A stretch of DNA of 64,000 nucleotides from SAR202 cluster bacterium (GTDB lineage Bacteria > Chloroflexota > Dehalococcoidia > Lucifugimonadales > Australimonadaceae): NCBI GenBank assembly GCA_016872415.1, contig VGZX01000006.1, positions 3,298 to 67,297 of the forward strand. Direction: 5' to 3'. Under the pieces are notes generated by a model. The model saw only the letters and a list, made by a program, of their open reading frames with translations. It did no database searches and was not told the origin of the DNA. A program made the translations under genes and the position numbers. Below, one piece after another: positions 47,393-55,647 of this stretch. Within the stretch, counting starts at the first letter, position 1, and each line of letters starts with the position of its first letter.

Positions 47393-48799
47393 CTAGGCCA
47401 CCTGCGAATGGCCGGAGACTGGAATTGCTTGTTGCTGCGCGGTGTTGCTGGCCGTGAGCGTCGCGCGCAGTCCAGCAACCGCGGCTTGTAAGGTGTCGTC
47501 GGTCGCGAGGCGTGCTTGCAGCCGCTTGATGCCGGTGACGACCGAAGTGCGGTTGCGGTTGCCGACCAGCCTGGCGATCTCCTCGGCCCGCGCGTTCGTG
47601 GTTGCTTGGATGAGATACATCGCGATGAGGCGGGCTTGGTCCGCCGCCTTGGTCCGTGTCCCGTCGGTGATCGTTGCCGCCGGCACCTTGTAGAACCGCG
47701 CGACAGTGTCGATGACGCTCGATGGCGTGACTGGCGGCGGGGGTGTTGTCGATGTCCCACTACGGCTGTCGAGCACCTCGTCGGCGAGGGCCATGGTCAC
47801 CGGACGGTTCGTGAAATGCGCGAGTGCGACAAGCCGGTTGAGCTGCCCTTCGATCTGGCGGATGTTGCTCGCCGGTGCCGACGCCAGTCGCGCGAGGACC
47901 TCGTCATCGACCGCGACGGGCGTGTGTCGCGCATGGGTCCGCAGTATCGCCAGCCGCGTCTCGAAGTCGGGCATTCCGATGTCGGCAAGCAGGCCCCACT
48001 CGAAGCGCGACCGCAGACGCTCCTCCAGGAGTGCCAATTCCGCCGGCGGTCGGTCGGAGGCGATGACGATTTGGCGGTTAGCGTCATGGAGGGCGTTGAA
48101 GGTGTGGAAGAACCCCTCCTGGGTACCCTCCTTGCCGCTGATGAACTGGATGTCATCGACGAGCAGCACGTCGGCGGCCCGGTAGCGGTCGCGGAAGTCG
48201 GCCATCCTCCGGTCGCGGATCGCCGTCGTGAACTCATTGGTGAACTGTTCGGTCGTCACGTACTGGCAATGGTGGCCGAGCTCGGCCATGCGGTGGCCGA
48301 TGGCGTGCAACAGATGCGTCTTGCCGAGGCCCACGCCCCCGTGGATGAAAAGCGGATTGTAGGCCTTCCCTGGCTCCTCACAGACGGCCATCGCGGCGGC
48401 GTGCGCCAGCCGGTTGCACCCACCGACGATGAAGCGGTCGAAGGTGTATTTGGCGTTGAGCGTGGAGACGGCCCCCGGCCGGCTGGGAGGCAATGCGGCC
48501 GCCGCGCTTGGCGGCGCTGTCGCTTCCCGCTGCGCGGACTCCGCGCCGGCAACGACGTACGTGACCGTCAGCGGACGCTGGGCCACGGCCGACGCGGCGG
48601 CATCGATCAGACCTTGCAGGCGCCGCTCCAGCCACTCGGCTGCGAACGTGCTAGGCACGCTCACGGACAGCCGTTGCTCGTCCATCGAGGTGCCGGCCGT
48701 GTTGCGAAGCCATGTGTCGAAGCTGGGCCTCGGCACCTGCAACTGAAGACGGCCAAGCGCCGCCTCCCACACGCGATGTGCGGCTTGCTCGAAAGGCAT
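47393..48799 (-). CDS. dnaA: chromosomal replication initiator protein DnaA
   Basis: N-terminus MPFEQAAHRVWEAALGRLQ, AAA+ core (NPLFIHGGVGLGKTHLLHAIG, LLVDDIQF) and a domain IV HTH. Start at ATG 48799; the ORF extends further upstream. Confidence 0.92.
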   Translation of the reverse strand: MPFEQAAHRVWEAALGRLQLQVPRPSFDTWLRNTAGTSMDEQRLSVSVPSTFAAEWLERRLQGLIDAAASAVAQRPLTVTYVVAGAESAQREATAPPSAAAALPPSRPGAVSTLNAKYTFDRFIVGGCNRLAHAAAMAVCEEPGKAYNPLFIHGGVGLGKTHLLHAIGHRMAELGHHCQYVTTEQFTNEFTTAIRDRRMADFRDRYRAADVLLVDDIQFISGKEGTQEGFFHTFNALHDANRQIVIASDRPPAELALLEERLRSRFEWGLLADIGMPDFETRLAILRTHARHTPVAVDDEVLARLASAPASNIRQIEGQLNRLVALAHFTNRPVTMALADEVLDSRSGTSTTPPPPVTPSSVIDTVARFYKVPAATITDGTRTKAADQARLIAMYLIQATTNARAEEIARLVGNRNRTSVVTGIKRLQARLATDDTLQAAVAGLRATLTASNTAQQQAIPVSGHSQVA

Positions 48800-49103
48800 A
48801 GGTAACCAATGACCCCTAGACCAGGGCTTTGAACATGCAGTGAGGACTGGAAGCGCACGTCCCGAAAGTGGAACCCTCGTTTCCCCAATGGCACCACCCG
48901 GGGAAGGCAACAATAGCACGCGGTGCCGCGCGGCTCGCAAGGCCAGAACCCCACCATTTCGAGTGCCAATACCGCTTGACATCGCCCGCTGCGCCGGAGG
49001 CACCCGAAGGCCTCCCTCACACGAGAAAAACGACCCGCCAGCGTCCGTTCGAATGTTGCCGCCACCGGCGCGGCGGCATCGCCGGCCAGGGTATCATCGT
49101 CCC

Positions 49104-50060
49104 ATGCAATCGCCACGCACCGTCTTTATGGGCACGCCCGCGTTCTCCCTCCACGTCCTCCAGGCCATCGAGCGCCTGGGTTGGCCCATTGCCAGTGTCT
49201 ACACCGTGCCCGATAGCCCCGCCGGCCGTGGGCGCGTGCTGCGGCCGACCGCCGTGAAGGCCTACGCCGAGGCGCGCGGCTATCCCGTGCTCACGCCGGA
49301 GAGCCTCCGCGCCGCCGAGGAGGTCGACCGGCTGCGGTCGCTCCAACCCGATCTCGTCGTCCTCGCGGCGTACGGCAAGCTGCTGCCGCCCGAATGGCTC
49401 GCCACGCCACCGTTAGGGTGCCTCAACGTCCACCCCTCCCTCCTCCCGCGCCACCGTGGCGCCGTGCCCGTTCCCGCGACAATCCTGGCCGGCGACGCGG
49501 AAACGGGGGTCTCGCTCATGGTGATGGACGCCGGCATGGACACCGGCCCCGTCGTCGCCCAAGCACGTGTGCCGTTGCGCGGCGACGAGCGCGCGCCGGA
49601 GCTGACCGACCGCCTGTTTCGGCTCGGCGCCGACCTGCTGCTGACGCACGGCCCCGCCTACGTCGCCGGCAAGCTGCCGCCGGAGCCGCAACCGAGCGAG
49701 GGCGCGACCGTGAGCCGCCGGCTGAAACGCGAGCACGGCGTCATCGACTGGACGAAACCCGCCGTCGTGTTGGAGCGACAGACGCGCGCCTACGACCCGT
49801 GGCCGGGCGCCGTCACCAGCTGTCGCGGCAGGAAGCTCGACGTGTTGGAGGCGCGCGTTGAGGCCGAACGAGCCGACGCGCCGCCGGGCACAGTGGTCGC
49901 CCTCCGCAAGGATGGCATCGCGGTCGCCACCGGCGATGGCCTGCTCGTGCTGCGCCGCGTCCGCCTGGAAGGCAGGAACCCCGTGGCCGGCGCCGACTTC
50001 GCCCGCGGCCAGCGCGACATGGAGGGCGCGGTGCTCGGCGAGGGCTCCGGCAGCAACTAG
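49104..50060 (+). CDS. fmt: methionyl-tRNA formyltransferase
   Basis: VFMGTPAFSLHVL N-terminus and the NVHPSLLPRHRG formyltransferase motif. Confidence 0.92.
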   Translation: MQSPRTVFMGTPAFSLHVLQAIERLGWPIASVYTVPDSPAGRGRVLRPTAVKAYAEARGYPVLTPESLRAAEEVDRLRSLQPDLVVLAAYGKLLPPEWLATPPLGCLNVHPSLLPRHRGAVPVPATILAGDAETGVSLMVMDAGMDTGPVVAQARVPLRGDERAPELTDRLFRLGADLLLTHGPAYVAGKLPPEPQPSEGATVSRRLKREHGVIDWTKPAVVLERQTRAYDPWPGAVTSCRGRKLDVLEARVEAERADAPPGTVVALRKDGIAVATGDGLLVLRRVRLEGRNPVAGADFARGQRDMEGAVLGEGSGSN

Positions 50061-50518
50061 CCCGCCGACGGGTCCAGCTCGTACCACACCCACTCATCCA
50101 CCTGCCGGCCCTTGCGTCGTTCATAGAAGCGGTGGGCCGCGGTGTTCCATCGCAATGCGTTCCACTCCAGGCGCGCGCACCCACGCGCTCGTGCCAGGCC
50201 AACGCAGAAGTCGAACAGGCGCTCGCCGACTCCGCGCCCGCGATGCCCGTCACGCACGAAAAGGTCCTCGATGTAGAGCTTCGGCCGGGCGGCGAACGTG
50301 GAATAGGCCGCGATGAGCGTCACGCAGCCGACTGGCTCGCCATCGGCAAGTGCGAGGTAGGCCTCGAACGGCGGCGCGGCCCGGAGCGCGTCGGCCCGCA
50401 GCCGCGCTTGCGCCGCCTCGTCTGGTGGGTCCAGGTGCTCGAACCGCGCCAGCTCGCCGATGAGCGCGACCAGGCTGTCGATGGAGCGCTCGCTCACGGG
50501 CTGAATGACGATTTCCAC
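50057..50518 (-). CDS. GNAT family N-acetyltransferase
   Basis: HRGRGVGERLF acetyl-CoA motif. GTG 50518 lies 4 nt after GGGAGG; ATG 50551 is an alternative start. Confidence 0.75.
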   Translation of the reverse strand: MEIVIQPVSERSIDSLVALIGELARFEHLDPPDEAAQARLRADALRAAPPFEAYLALADGEPVGCVTLIAAYSTFAARPKLYIEDLFVRDGHRGRGVGERLFDFCVGLARARGCARLEWNALRWNTAAHRFYERRKGRQVDEWVWYELDPSAG

Positions 50519-50627
50519 ATTGCCTCCCACGACAACAGGATGGCGCGCCATCCGGCACGAACAGCGAGGGCGCCCCAACCGGAGCGCCCTCGTCGACGTT
50601 CACATCGCGATCCGTGCCTTGCCGGCG

Positions 50628-51275
50628 TTACTTCTCGGACTCTTCCTCGCCCTTCGTCTCCGCCGCCGCGGCGGTCTCTTCGCCCTCGGCCGGCTTCGGT
50701 GCCGCTTCCTGCGCGCGCTGCTGCACGATGCGGACCACCGGATGACCGGCCTCCGTCACCAGTGTCACGCCGGTCGGCAGCGCCAGGTCGCCGGCATGAA
50801 TCGTCGCGCCGGCCTCGGTCAAGCCGCGGATCTCCACGACGATCTCATGCGGCAGGTCGGTCGGCAGCGCCGACACCTCGATTTCGTGCAGGTCTTGCAG
50901 CACCGCCATGCCCGGCAGGCGCGCGGCCGGCGCCTCGCCGTGCAGGTGCAGGGGCACCGTCACGGTGACCTTCTCCGTGCGCGATATCCGCAGGAAGTCC
51001 ACGTGCAGCACGCGGCCGCTCACGGGGTGCTTCTGTATCTCGCGCACCATCACGAAGTCCTCGTGACCGCCATTGGTCAACGTCAGCGGGGTGGTATGCC
51101 CCACCTTGATGAGGGTAAGCGCGAGCTGGTGCGCGTCCGCCTGGGCGGCCACCGAATCCTGGCCGCGGCCGTAAATGTGCACCGGCGTCTTGCCGGCGCG
51201 GCGCAGCGCGCGGTTCTTGCGGCCCAGCGCCGAGCGGCCTTCCAACGAAAGGGTAACTACGTCCGCCACAGTCAT
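50628..51275 (-). CDS. rplY: 50S ribosomal protein L25/general stress protein Ctc
   Basis: LRRAGKTPVHIYG… L25/Ctc fold with an acidic Glu/Lys-rich tail. GGGGAG SD. A candidate extended -10 (cTGcTATCAT) lies at 51334-51342. Confidence 0.9.
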   Translation of the reverse strand: MTVADVVTLSLEGRSALGRKNRALRRAGKTPVHIYGRGQDSVAAQADAHQLALTLIKVGHTTPLTLTNGGHEDFVMVREIQKHPVSGRVLHVDFLRISRTEKVTVTVPLHLHGEAPAARLPGMAVLQDLHEIEVSALPTDLPHEIVVEIRGLTEAGATIHAGDLALPTGVTLVTEAGHPVVRIVQQRAQEAAPKPAEGEETAAAAETKGEEESEK

Positions 51276-51495
51276 CACTCCCCGCGCGGCGCTGAAAGTC
51301 TGCGAGCACGCCAACGGCCACGCACGAACCGCCATGATAGCAGACGGCCGGGCGCCGCGCCAAGCGGCGCGGGTGTCGGCCGCGAAAGCCGTGCCGCCCA
51401 AAACCATATTGTCAATCGACTAACTTGTCTTTTTGCCGCGCGTTCCGTACCATGGTTGCGATGGGCGCCCTGCCGGCGCCCCGAGAGGCAATCGC

Positions 51496-51936
51496 ATGCG
51501 GATCCCGATGAAGGTCGACTATGGCGTGCGCGCGCTGGTGGACCTCGCCCTCAACGGCGAGCAGGCGCCCGTGCGGACGGCGGAGATCGCCACGCGCCAG
51601 AGCATCCCCGAGGCCTACCTCGACCAGGTGCTCACCACGCTCAACAAGTTCGGCTACATTCGCAGCCGGCGAGGCCCGCAAGGCGGGCACGTGCTCGCCC
51701 GGTCCGCTGCCGACATTCGCCTCAGCGACGTGGTCGAGACGCTCGAAGGCCGCACCTCGCCGCTGGACTGTATGGACGACCCGACGGAATGCGCGCTGGC
51801 TGGCTCTTGCGCCCAGCGCGGCATCTGGCGGGACGTGGAGGAGGCGATGCACGTGGTGCTCCGCACCACCACCATCGCCGACTTGGCGAGCAAGCAGCGG
51901 CGCATGGCTGCCCAACCGACCGCGGTGCACACCTAA
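51496..51936 (+). CDS. Rrf2 family transcriptional regulator (three-Cys, Fe-S type)
   Basis: KVDYGVRALVDLAL…IPEAYLDQVLTTLNKFGYIRSRRGPQGG wHTH, and a C-x6-C-x5-C cluster (CMDDPTECALAGSC). Confidence 0.85.
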   Translation: MRIPMKVDYGVRALVDLALNGEQAPVRTAEIATRQSIPEAYLDQVLTTLNKFGYIRSRRGPQGGHVLARSAADIRLSDVVETLEGRTSPLDCMDDPTECALAGSCAQRGIWRDVEEAMHVVLRTTTIADLASKQRRMAAQPTAVHT

Positions 51937-52113
51937 ACCAATCGCACTTTCGCGACGGAGGCTCCTCAGGTACCATAAACCTCCGTGCCGCCGCGCGGGG
52001 CCATGACAACGGCCATCGTGGTAGGCCCGGAGGTCTCTTGCCGCAGGCCGTGGCACCGCGATGGCGGACGCTCGCCACGCGGCCAAACCGCAGACGCTAG
52101 AAAGGGTGAAACG

Positions 52114-52959
52114 ATGTCCACCACACCGATGCTGACCCCGGAACAGGTGAAGCGGTACAGCCGCCACATCATCATGCCGCAAATCGGCAGCCGCGGGCAG
52201 CGCAAGCTCATGGACTCGAAGGTGCTCATCATCGGCGCCGGCGGCCTCGGCGGGCCCGTCGCGCTATACCTCGCGCTCGCCGGCGTCGGCACGCTCGGCA
52301 TCGTCGACTTCGACACCGTCGACCTCAGCAACCTGCAACGCCAGGTGCTCCACAACTCCGAGACCGTCGGCTGGCCCAAGGTCAAGTCCGCCGAGGCCAC
52401 CCTCAAGCGCTACAACCGCGACGTGAAGGTCGTCGCCCATGAGTTCCCCATCACCTCCGAGAACGCGATGGATCTAATCAAGGGCTACGACATCGTCGTG
52501 AACGGCGCCGACAACTTCGCGACGCGCTATCTCGTGAACGACGCGGCCTACCTCTCCGGCAAGCCGCTGGTGGATGGCAGCATCCTCATTTTCGACGGCC
52601 AGCTCACCACCTACATCCCCGGCAAGGGCTGCTACCGCTGCCTCTTTCCCGAGCCGCCGCCACCCGGCATGGTGCCGAACTGCGCCGAGGCCGGCGTGCT
52701 GGGCGCCCTCACCGGCGTGATGGGCAGCCTGCAGGCCACCGAGGTCGTCAAGGTCATCCTCGGCATCGGCGAGCCGCTTGTCGGCCGCCTGCTGCTGGTC
52801 GATGCCCTGGCGATGGAGTTCCGCGTGGTGAAGACCCGCCGGAACCCCAACTGCCCGTTGTGCGGCGATCACCCCACCGTGAAGGAGCTGATCGACTACG
52901 AAGTGTTCTGCGGCCTCGTGCCCGCCCCGAACGGCGAAAGCATGGTCGCTGCACACTAA
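52114..52959 (+). CDS. ThiF/MoeB-family E1-like adenylyltransferase (no rhodanese domain)
   Basis: RYSRHIIMPQIG…VLIIGAGGLGGP nucleotide-binding motif, plus CYRC and CPLC zinc-site pairs. Confidence 0.85.
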   Translation: MSTTPMLTPEQVKRYSRHIIMPQIGSRGQRKLMDSKVLIIGAGGLGGPVALYLALAGVGTLGIVDFDTVDLSNLQRQVLHNSETVGWPKVKSAEATLKRYNRDVKVVAHEFPITSENAMDLIKGYDIVVNGADNFATRYLVNDAAYLSGKPLVDGSILIFDGQLTTYIPGKGCYRCLFPEPPPPGMVPNCAEAGVLGALTGVMGSLQATEVVKVILGIGEPLVGRLLLVDALAMEFRVVKTRRNPNCPLCGDHPTVKELIDYEVFCGLVPAPNGESMVAAH

Positions 52960-52983
52960 GGAAGCGTTCACGAACGGGACTAG

Positions 52984-53010
52984 GTAGGGGCGATGACACA
53001 TCGCCCCTAC
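52984..53010 (+). other. perfect 12-bp stem-loop between the moeB-like and cysM-like genes
   Basis: GTAGGGGCGATG-aca-CATCGCCCCTAC, with no U-tract after it. Confidence 0.4.
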
Positions 53011-53039
53011 CCGCTTCGCGCGAAGGGCCCGTCCACCAT

Positions 53040-53975
53040 ATGCGCTACAACAACATCGTCGACGCCATCGGCAACACCCCGCTCGTGGAGCTGCCCAACT
53101 TCAGCCCCAAGCGCGGCGTCCGCATCTACGCCAAGCTCGAAGGCCATAACCCCACCGGCTCCGTGAAGGACCGCATCGCGCGGGCCATGGCGCAACGCGC
53201 CGTGGCCGATGGCCTGCTGCGTCATGATCGCGTGGTGCTGGAGCCCACCTCCGGCAACACCGGCATATCGCTGGCGATGGTGCTGCGTCGCCTCGGCTAC
53301 CAGTTCACCGCCGTCATGCCCGAGAATGTCAGCCCCGAGCGCGCCGAGCTGCTGCGGGCCTATGGCGCCAGCATCGTCTTCTCGCCCGGCGAGAAGGGCA
53401 CGAACGGCGCCATCGAGGTCGCCCAGACCCTCGCCGCGCAAGACGACAAATATGTCATGCTGTATCAGTACGGCAACCCCGCCAACCCCGGCGCCCACTA
53501 CGAAACCACCGGCCCGGAGATCATCCGCGACCTGCCCGAGGTCACCCACTTCGTCGCGGGACTGGGCACCGGTGGCACGCTCATGGGCACCGGCCGACGC
53601 CTCAAGGAATACGACCGCCGCATCAAGGTGATCGCCGCGGCTCCCGAGCCGGACGACCGCATCCAGGGCCTCCGCAGCCTTGAGGAAGGCTTCATTCCGC
53701 CGATCCTCGATTTGACTCTCCTCGACGCTCGCATCATGATCAGCAGTTCCGATAGCTTCCGCATGACCGCCGCGCTGATCAAGAAGGAAGGCGTGTTCGC
53801 GGGCGTGTCGTCGGGCGCGGTGCTCGCCGCCGCCGTCCGCGTCGCGCAGCGGGTGGACGAGGCGAACATCGTCTGCCTCTTCGCCGACGGCGGCTGGAAG
53901 TATCTGAGCACCGGCCTCTGGTCGCGCGACTACGGCGAGATCGAGGGCTCGGTGGAGGGCAAGCTCTGGTGGTAG
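53040..53975 (+). CDS. PLP-dependent cysteine synthase (CysM-like), paralog 2
   Basis: AIGNTPLVEL, KLEGHNPTGSVKDR and SGNTGISLA blocks. The C-terminus ends …GKLWW. Confidence 0.85.
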   Translation: MRYNNIVDAIGNTPLVELPNFSPKRGVRIYAKLEGHNPTGSVKDRIARAMAQRAVADGLLRHDRVVLEPTSGNTGISLAMVLRRLGYQFTAVMPENVSPERAELLRAYGASIVFSPGEKGTNGAIEVAQTLAAQDDKYVMLYQYGNPANPGAHYETTGPEIIRDLPEVTHFVAGLGTGGTLMGTGRRLKEYDRRIKVIAAAPEPDDRIQGLRSLEEGFIPPILDLTLLDARIMISSSDSFRMTAALIKKEGVFAGVSSGAVLAAAVRVAQRVDEANIVCLFADGGWKYLSTGLWSRDYGEIEGSVEGKLWW

Positions 53976-54070
53976 AACGCGGTCAACCGGCGCGGCAGGG
54001 GGGTCATCCCACGAACGGCCCCGCCTCGGCGTCGCCGCTCGGCCGCGTCGACAACCCCGTGCCTTACGGC

Positions 54071-54721
54071 GTGTGCATTGTCTGCCCGCCCTCCGGCCCC
54101 GGCGGCGACCTTCTGAAGTGCCTGGCGCTGGACCGCATCTCCTATTCGCTCTCCAACGACGGCACCGCCGCGGAGCTGCCGGGCGGCGTGAAGCCCGACG
54201 TGCTCCTAGTCGACCTCACCGAGGCCGACCGGCCCACCGCCGACCTGATGCTGCGCCGCAGCGCGGGCCAGGGCATGCCCGTCATCGCGGCCCTTGCCGC
54301 CGAGCACCTACAGTCCCCCGACCTGAAGCTCATGACCAGCGACTTCATCGTCGCCCCGTGGCACCGCGGCGAGCTGTCGTGGCGCATCCGGCGCCAGGTC
54401 ACCGCCGTCGCCCCGCCCGACGCGCCCGGCATCATCGGCGTCGGCGACCTGACCATCGACACGAACCGCTACGACGTCTACCTCGCCGGCAAGACGGTCG
54501 TGCTCACATTCAAGGAATACCAGCTGCTCAAACTGCTGGCCTCCAACCCTGGCCGCGCCTTCACCCGGGAAACGCTGTTGGAGCAGGTGTGGGGCTACGA
54601 ATACTTCGGCGGCACGCGCACCGTCGACGTCCACATCCGCCGCCTGCGTAGCAAGATCGAGGACGCCACCCATACCTTCGTCGATACCGTCTGGAACGTC
54701 GGCTACCGCTTCCGGGGCTAA
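54071..54721 (+). CDS. orphan OmpR/PhoB-family regulator with a degenerate receiver (GlnR-like)
   Basis: C-terminal wHTH ([53 protein letters not shown]…NVGYRF). The N-terminal receiver lacks the acidic DD pair (CIVCPPSG). GTG start inferred; no kinase gene is adjacent. Confidence 0.75.
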   Translation: [216 protein letters not shown]

Positions 54722-54794
54722 CCGCAAGCTCCGGATAGAACCCGCGCCGTCCGTCGCGCACACTCCCCGCACCAAACTGGATGGAGGGCCAACC

Positions 54795-55259
54795 ATGTCA
54801 TCAGTCTCAAACGCTGCCGACCCCGCCACTCTCAACGGCGATCAGCTGCGGTGGGCGCTCGCCTGGGCCTCGGTGCCCGGCAAGCATGGCGCCGAGGCCC
54901 TGCCATTGCTGCCCTGGCTCACCGTTCCATGTCCGCAGTTGGGGCGTTTCATTTGGGTCGACGACCGCAGCCAGCCGCACGGCGCCAAGTGCCCGACGTG
55001 CCACGGTCGCGACCGCATCCCCATGTCCACCGAGCAGCACACCGCCTACACCCGCTTCGGCCTCGTCAAGAGCGGGTTCCGCTGGACCATGCGCGCGGAC
55101 GACGACCGGTCCGTGGCGACGCGCTTCGAGCTGAAGGCCAACCCTGCCATCGCCGGCGAGGCGACGGAGGGCGATGGGTTCACCTCGACCCTGCGCGCCG
55201 CCTACCGCGCCGTGCTGGCGGCGGGCTGGCAGCCGGGGCCATTGCCGCCAGGCATGTGA
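54795..55259 (+). CDS. hypothetical protein with a CP…CPTCHG putative zinc site
   Basis: GGAGGG SD 7 nt upstream and high GC3. I do not recognise a family. Confidence 0.5.
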   Translation: MSSVSNAADPATLNGDQLRWALAWASVPGKHGAEALPLLPWLTVPCPQLGRFIWVDDRSQPHGAKCPTCHGRDRIPMSTEQHTAYTRFGLVKSGFRWTMRADDDRSVATRFELKANPAIAGEATEGDGFTSTLRAAYRAVLAAGWQPGPLPPGM

Positions 55260-55323
55260 CGATAGCCGGTTGTCGGCGGCGCCGCCCTCGCCGTAAACTG
55301 CTCCCAGCGAGGAGGACCGCCAC

Positions 55324-55542
55324 ATGCCGATCTACGAATACGCCTGTCCCACCTGCAAGACCAAGTTCGAGAAGCTCCGCGCCATGGAGCACGGCGCCAC
55401 CGCCGATTGCCCCCGGTGCGGCCAACATGCCTCGCGCGTGCTCTCGGTCATGGCGCCCGCGCGCGTCGGCGGCTCCACGTCGCCCGCCAGCACGAGCATG
55501 CCGTCCGGCGGCTGCTGCGGCGGCGCCTGTGGCTGCCACTAA
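55324..55542 (+). CDS. FmdB-family zinc-ribbon protein
   Basis: MPIYEYACPTCKTKFE…CPRCG (CxxC…CxxC) with a Cys/Gly-rich tail. GAGGAGGA SD. Confidence 0.8.
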   Translation: MPIYEYACPTCKTKFEKLRAMEHGATADCPRCGQHASRVLSVMAPARVGGSTSPASTSMPSGGCCGGACGCH

Positions 55543-55647
55543 CTTGCGATAGCCGGCAATTGACGAAGGGCTTCGTTGCGTGACGGAGCCCTTCGTCGTG
55601 AGCGGGCCTCCGCGCCCGCGACGACCCAGCGGCGGAGGCCCTTGTCG

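Noticed and set aside
55562-55597. 11-bp stem (GACGAAGGGCT…AGCCCTTCGTC) with a 14-nt loop between fmdB and uppP, as a terminator or riboswitch.
   Set aside because: It has no U-tract and no recognisable riboswitch core. It may simply be a weak terminator or stability element, and there is not enough evidence for a feature call.
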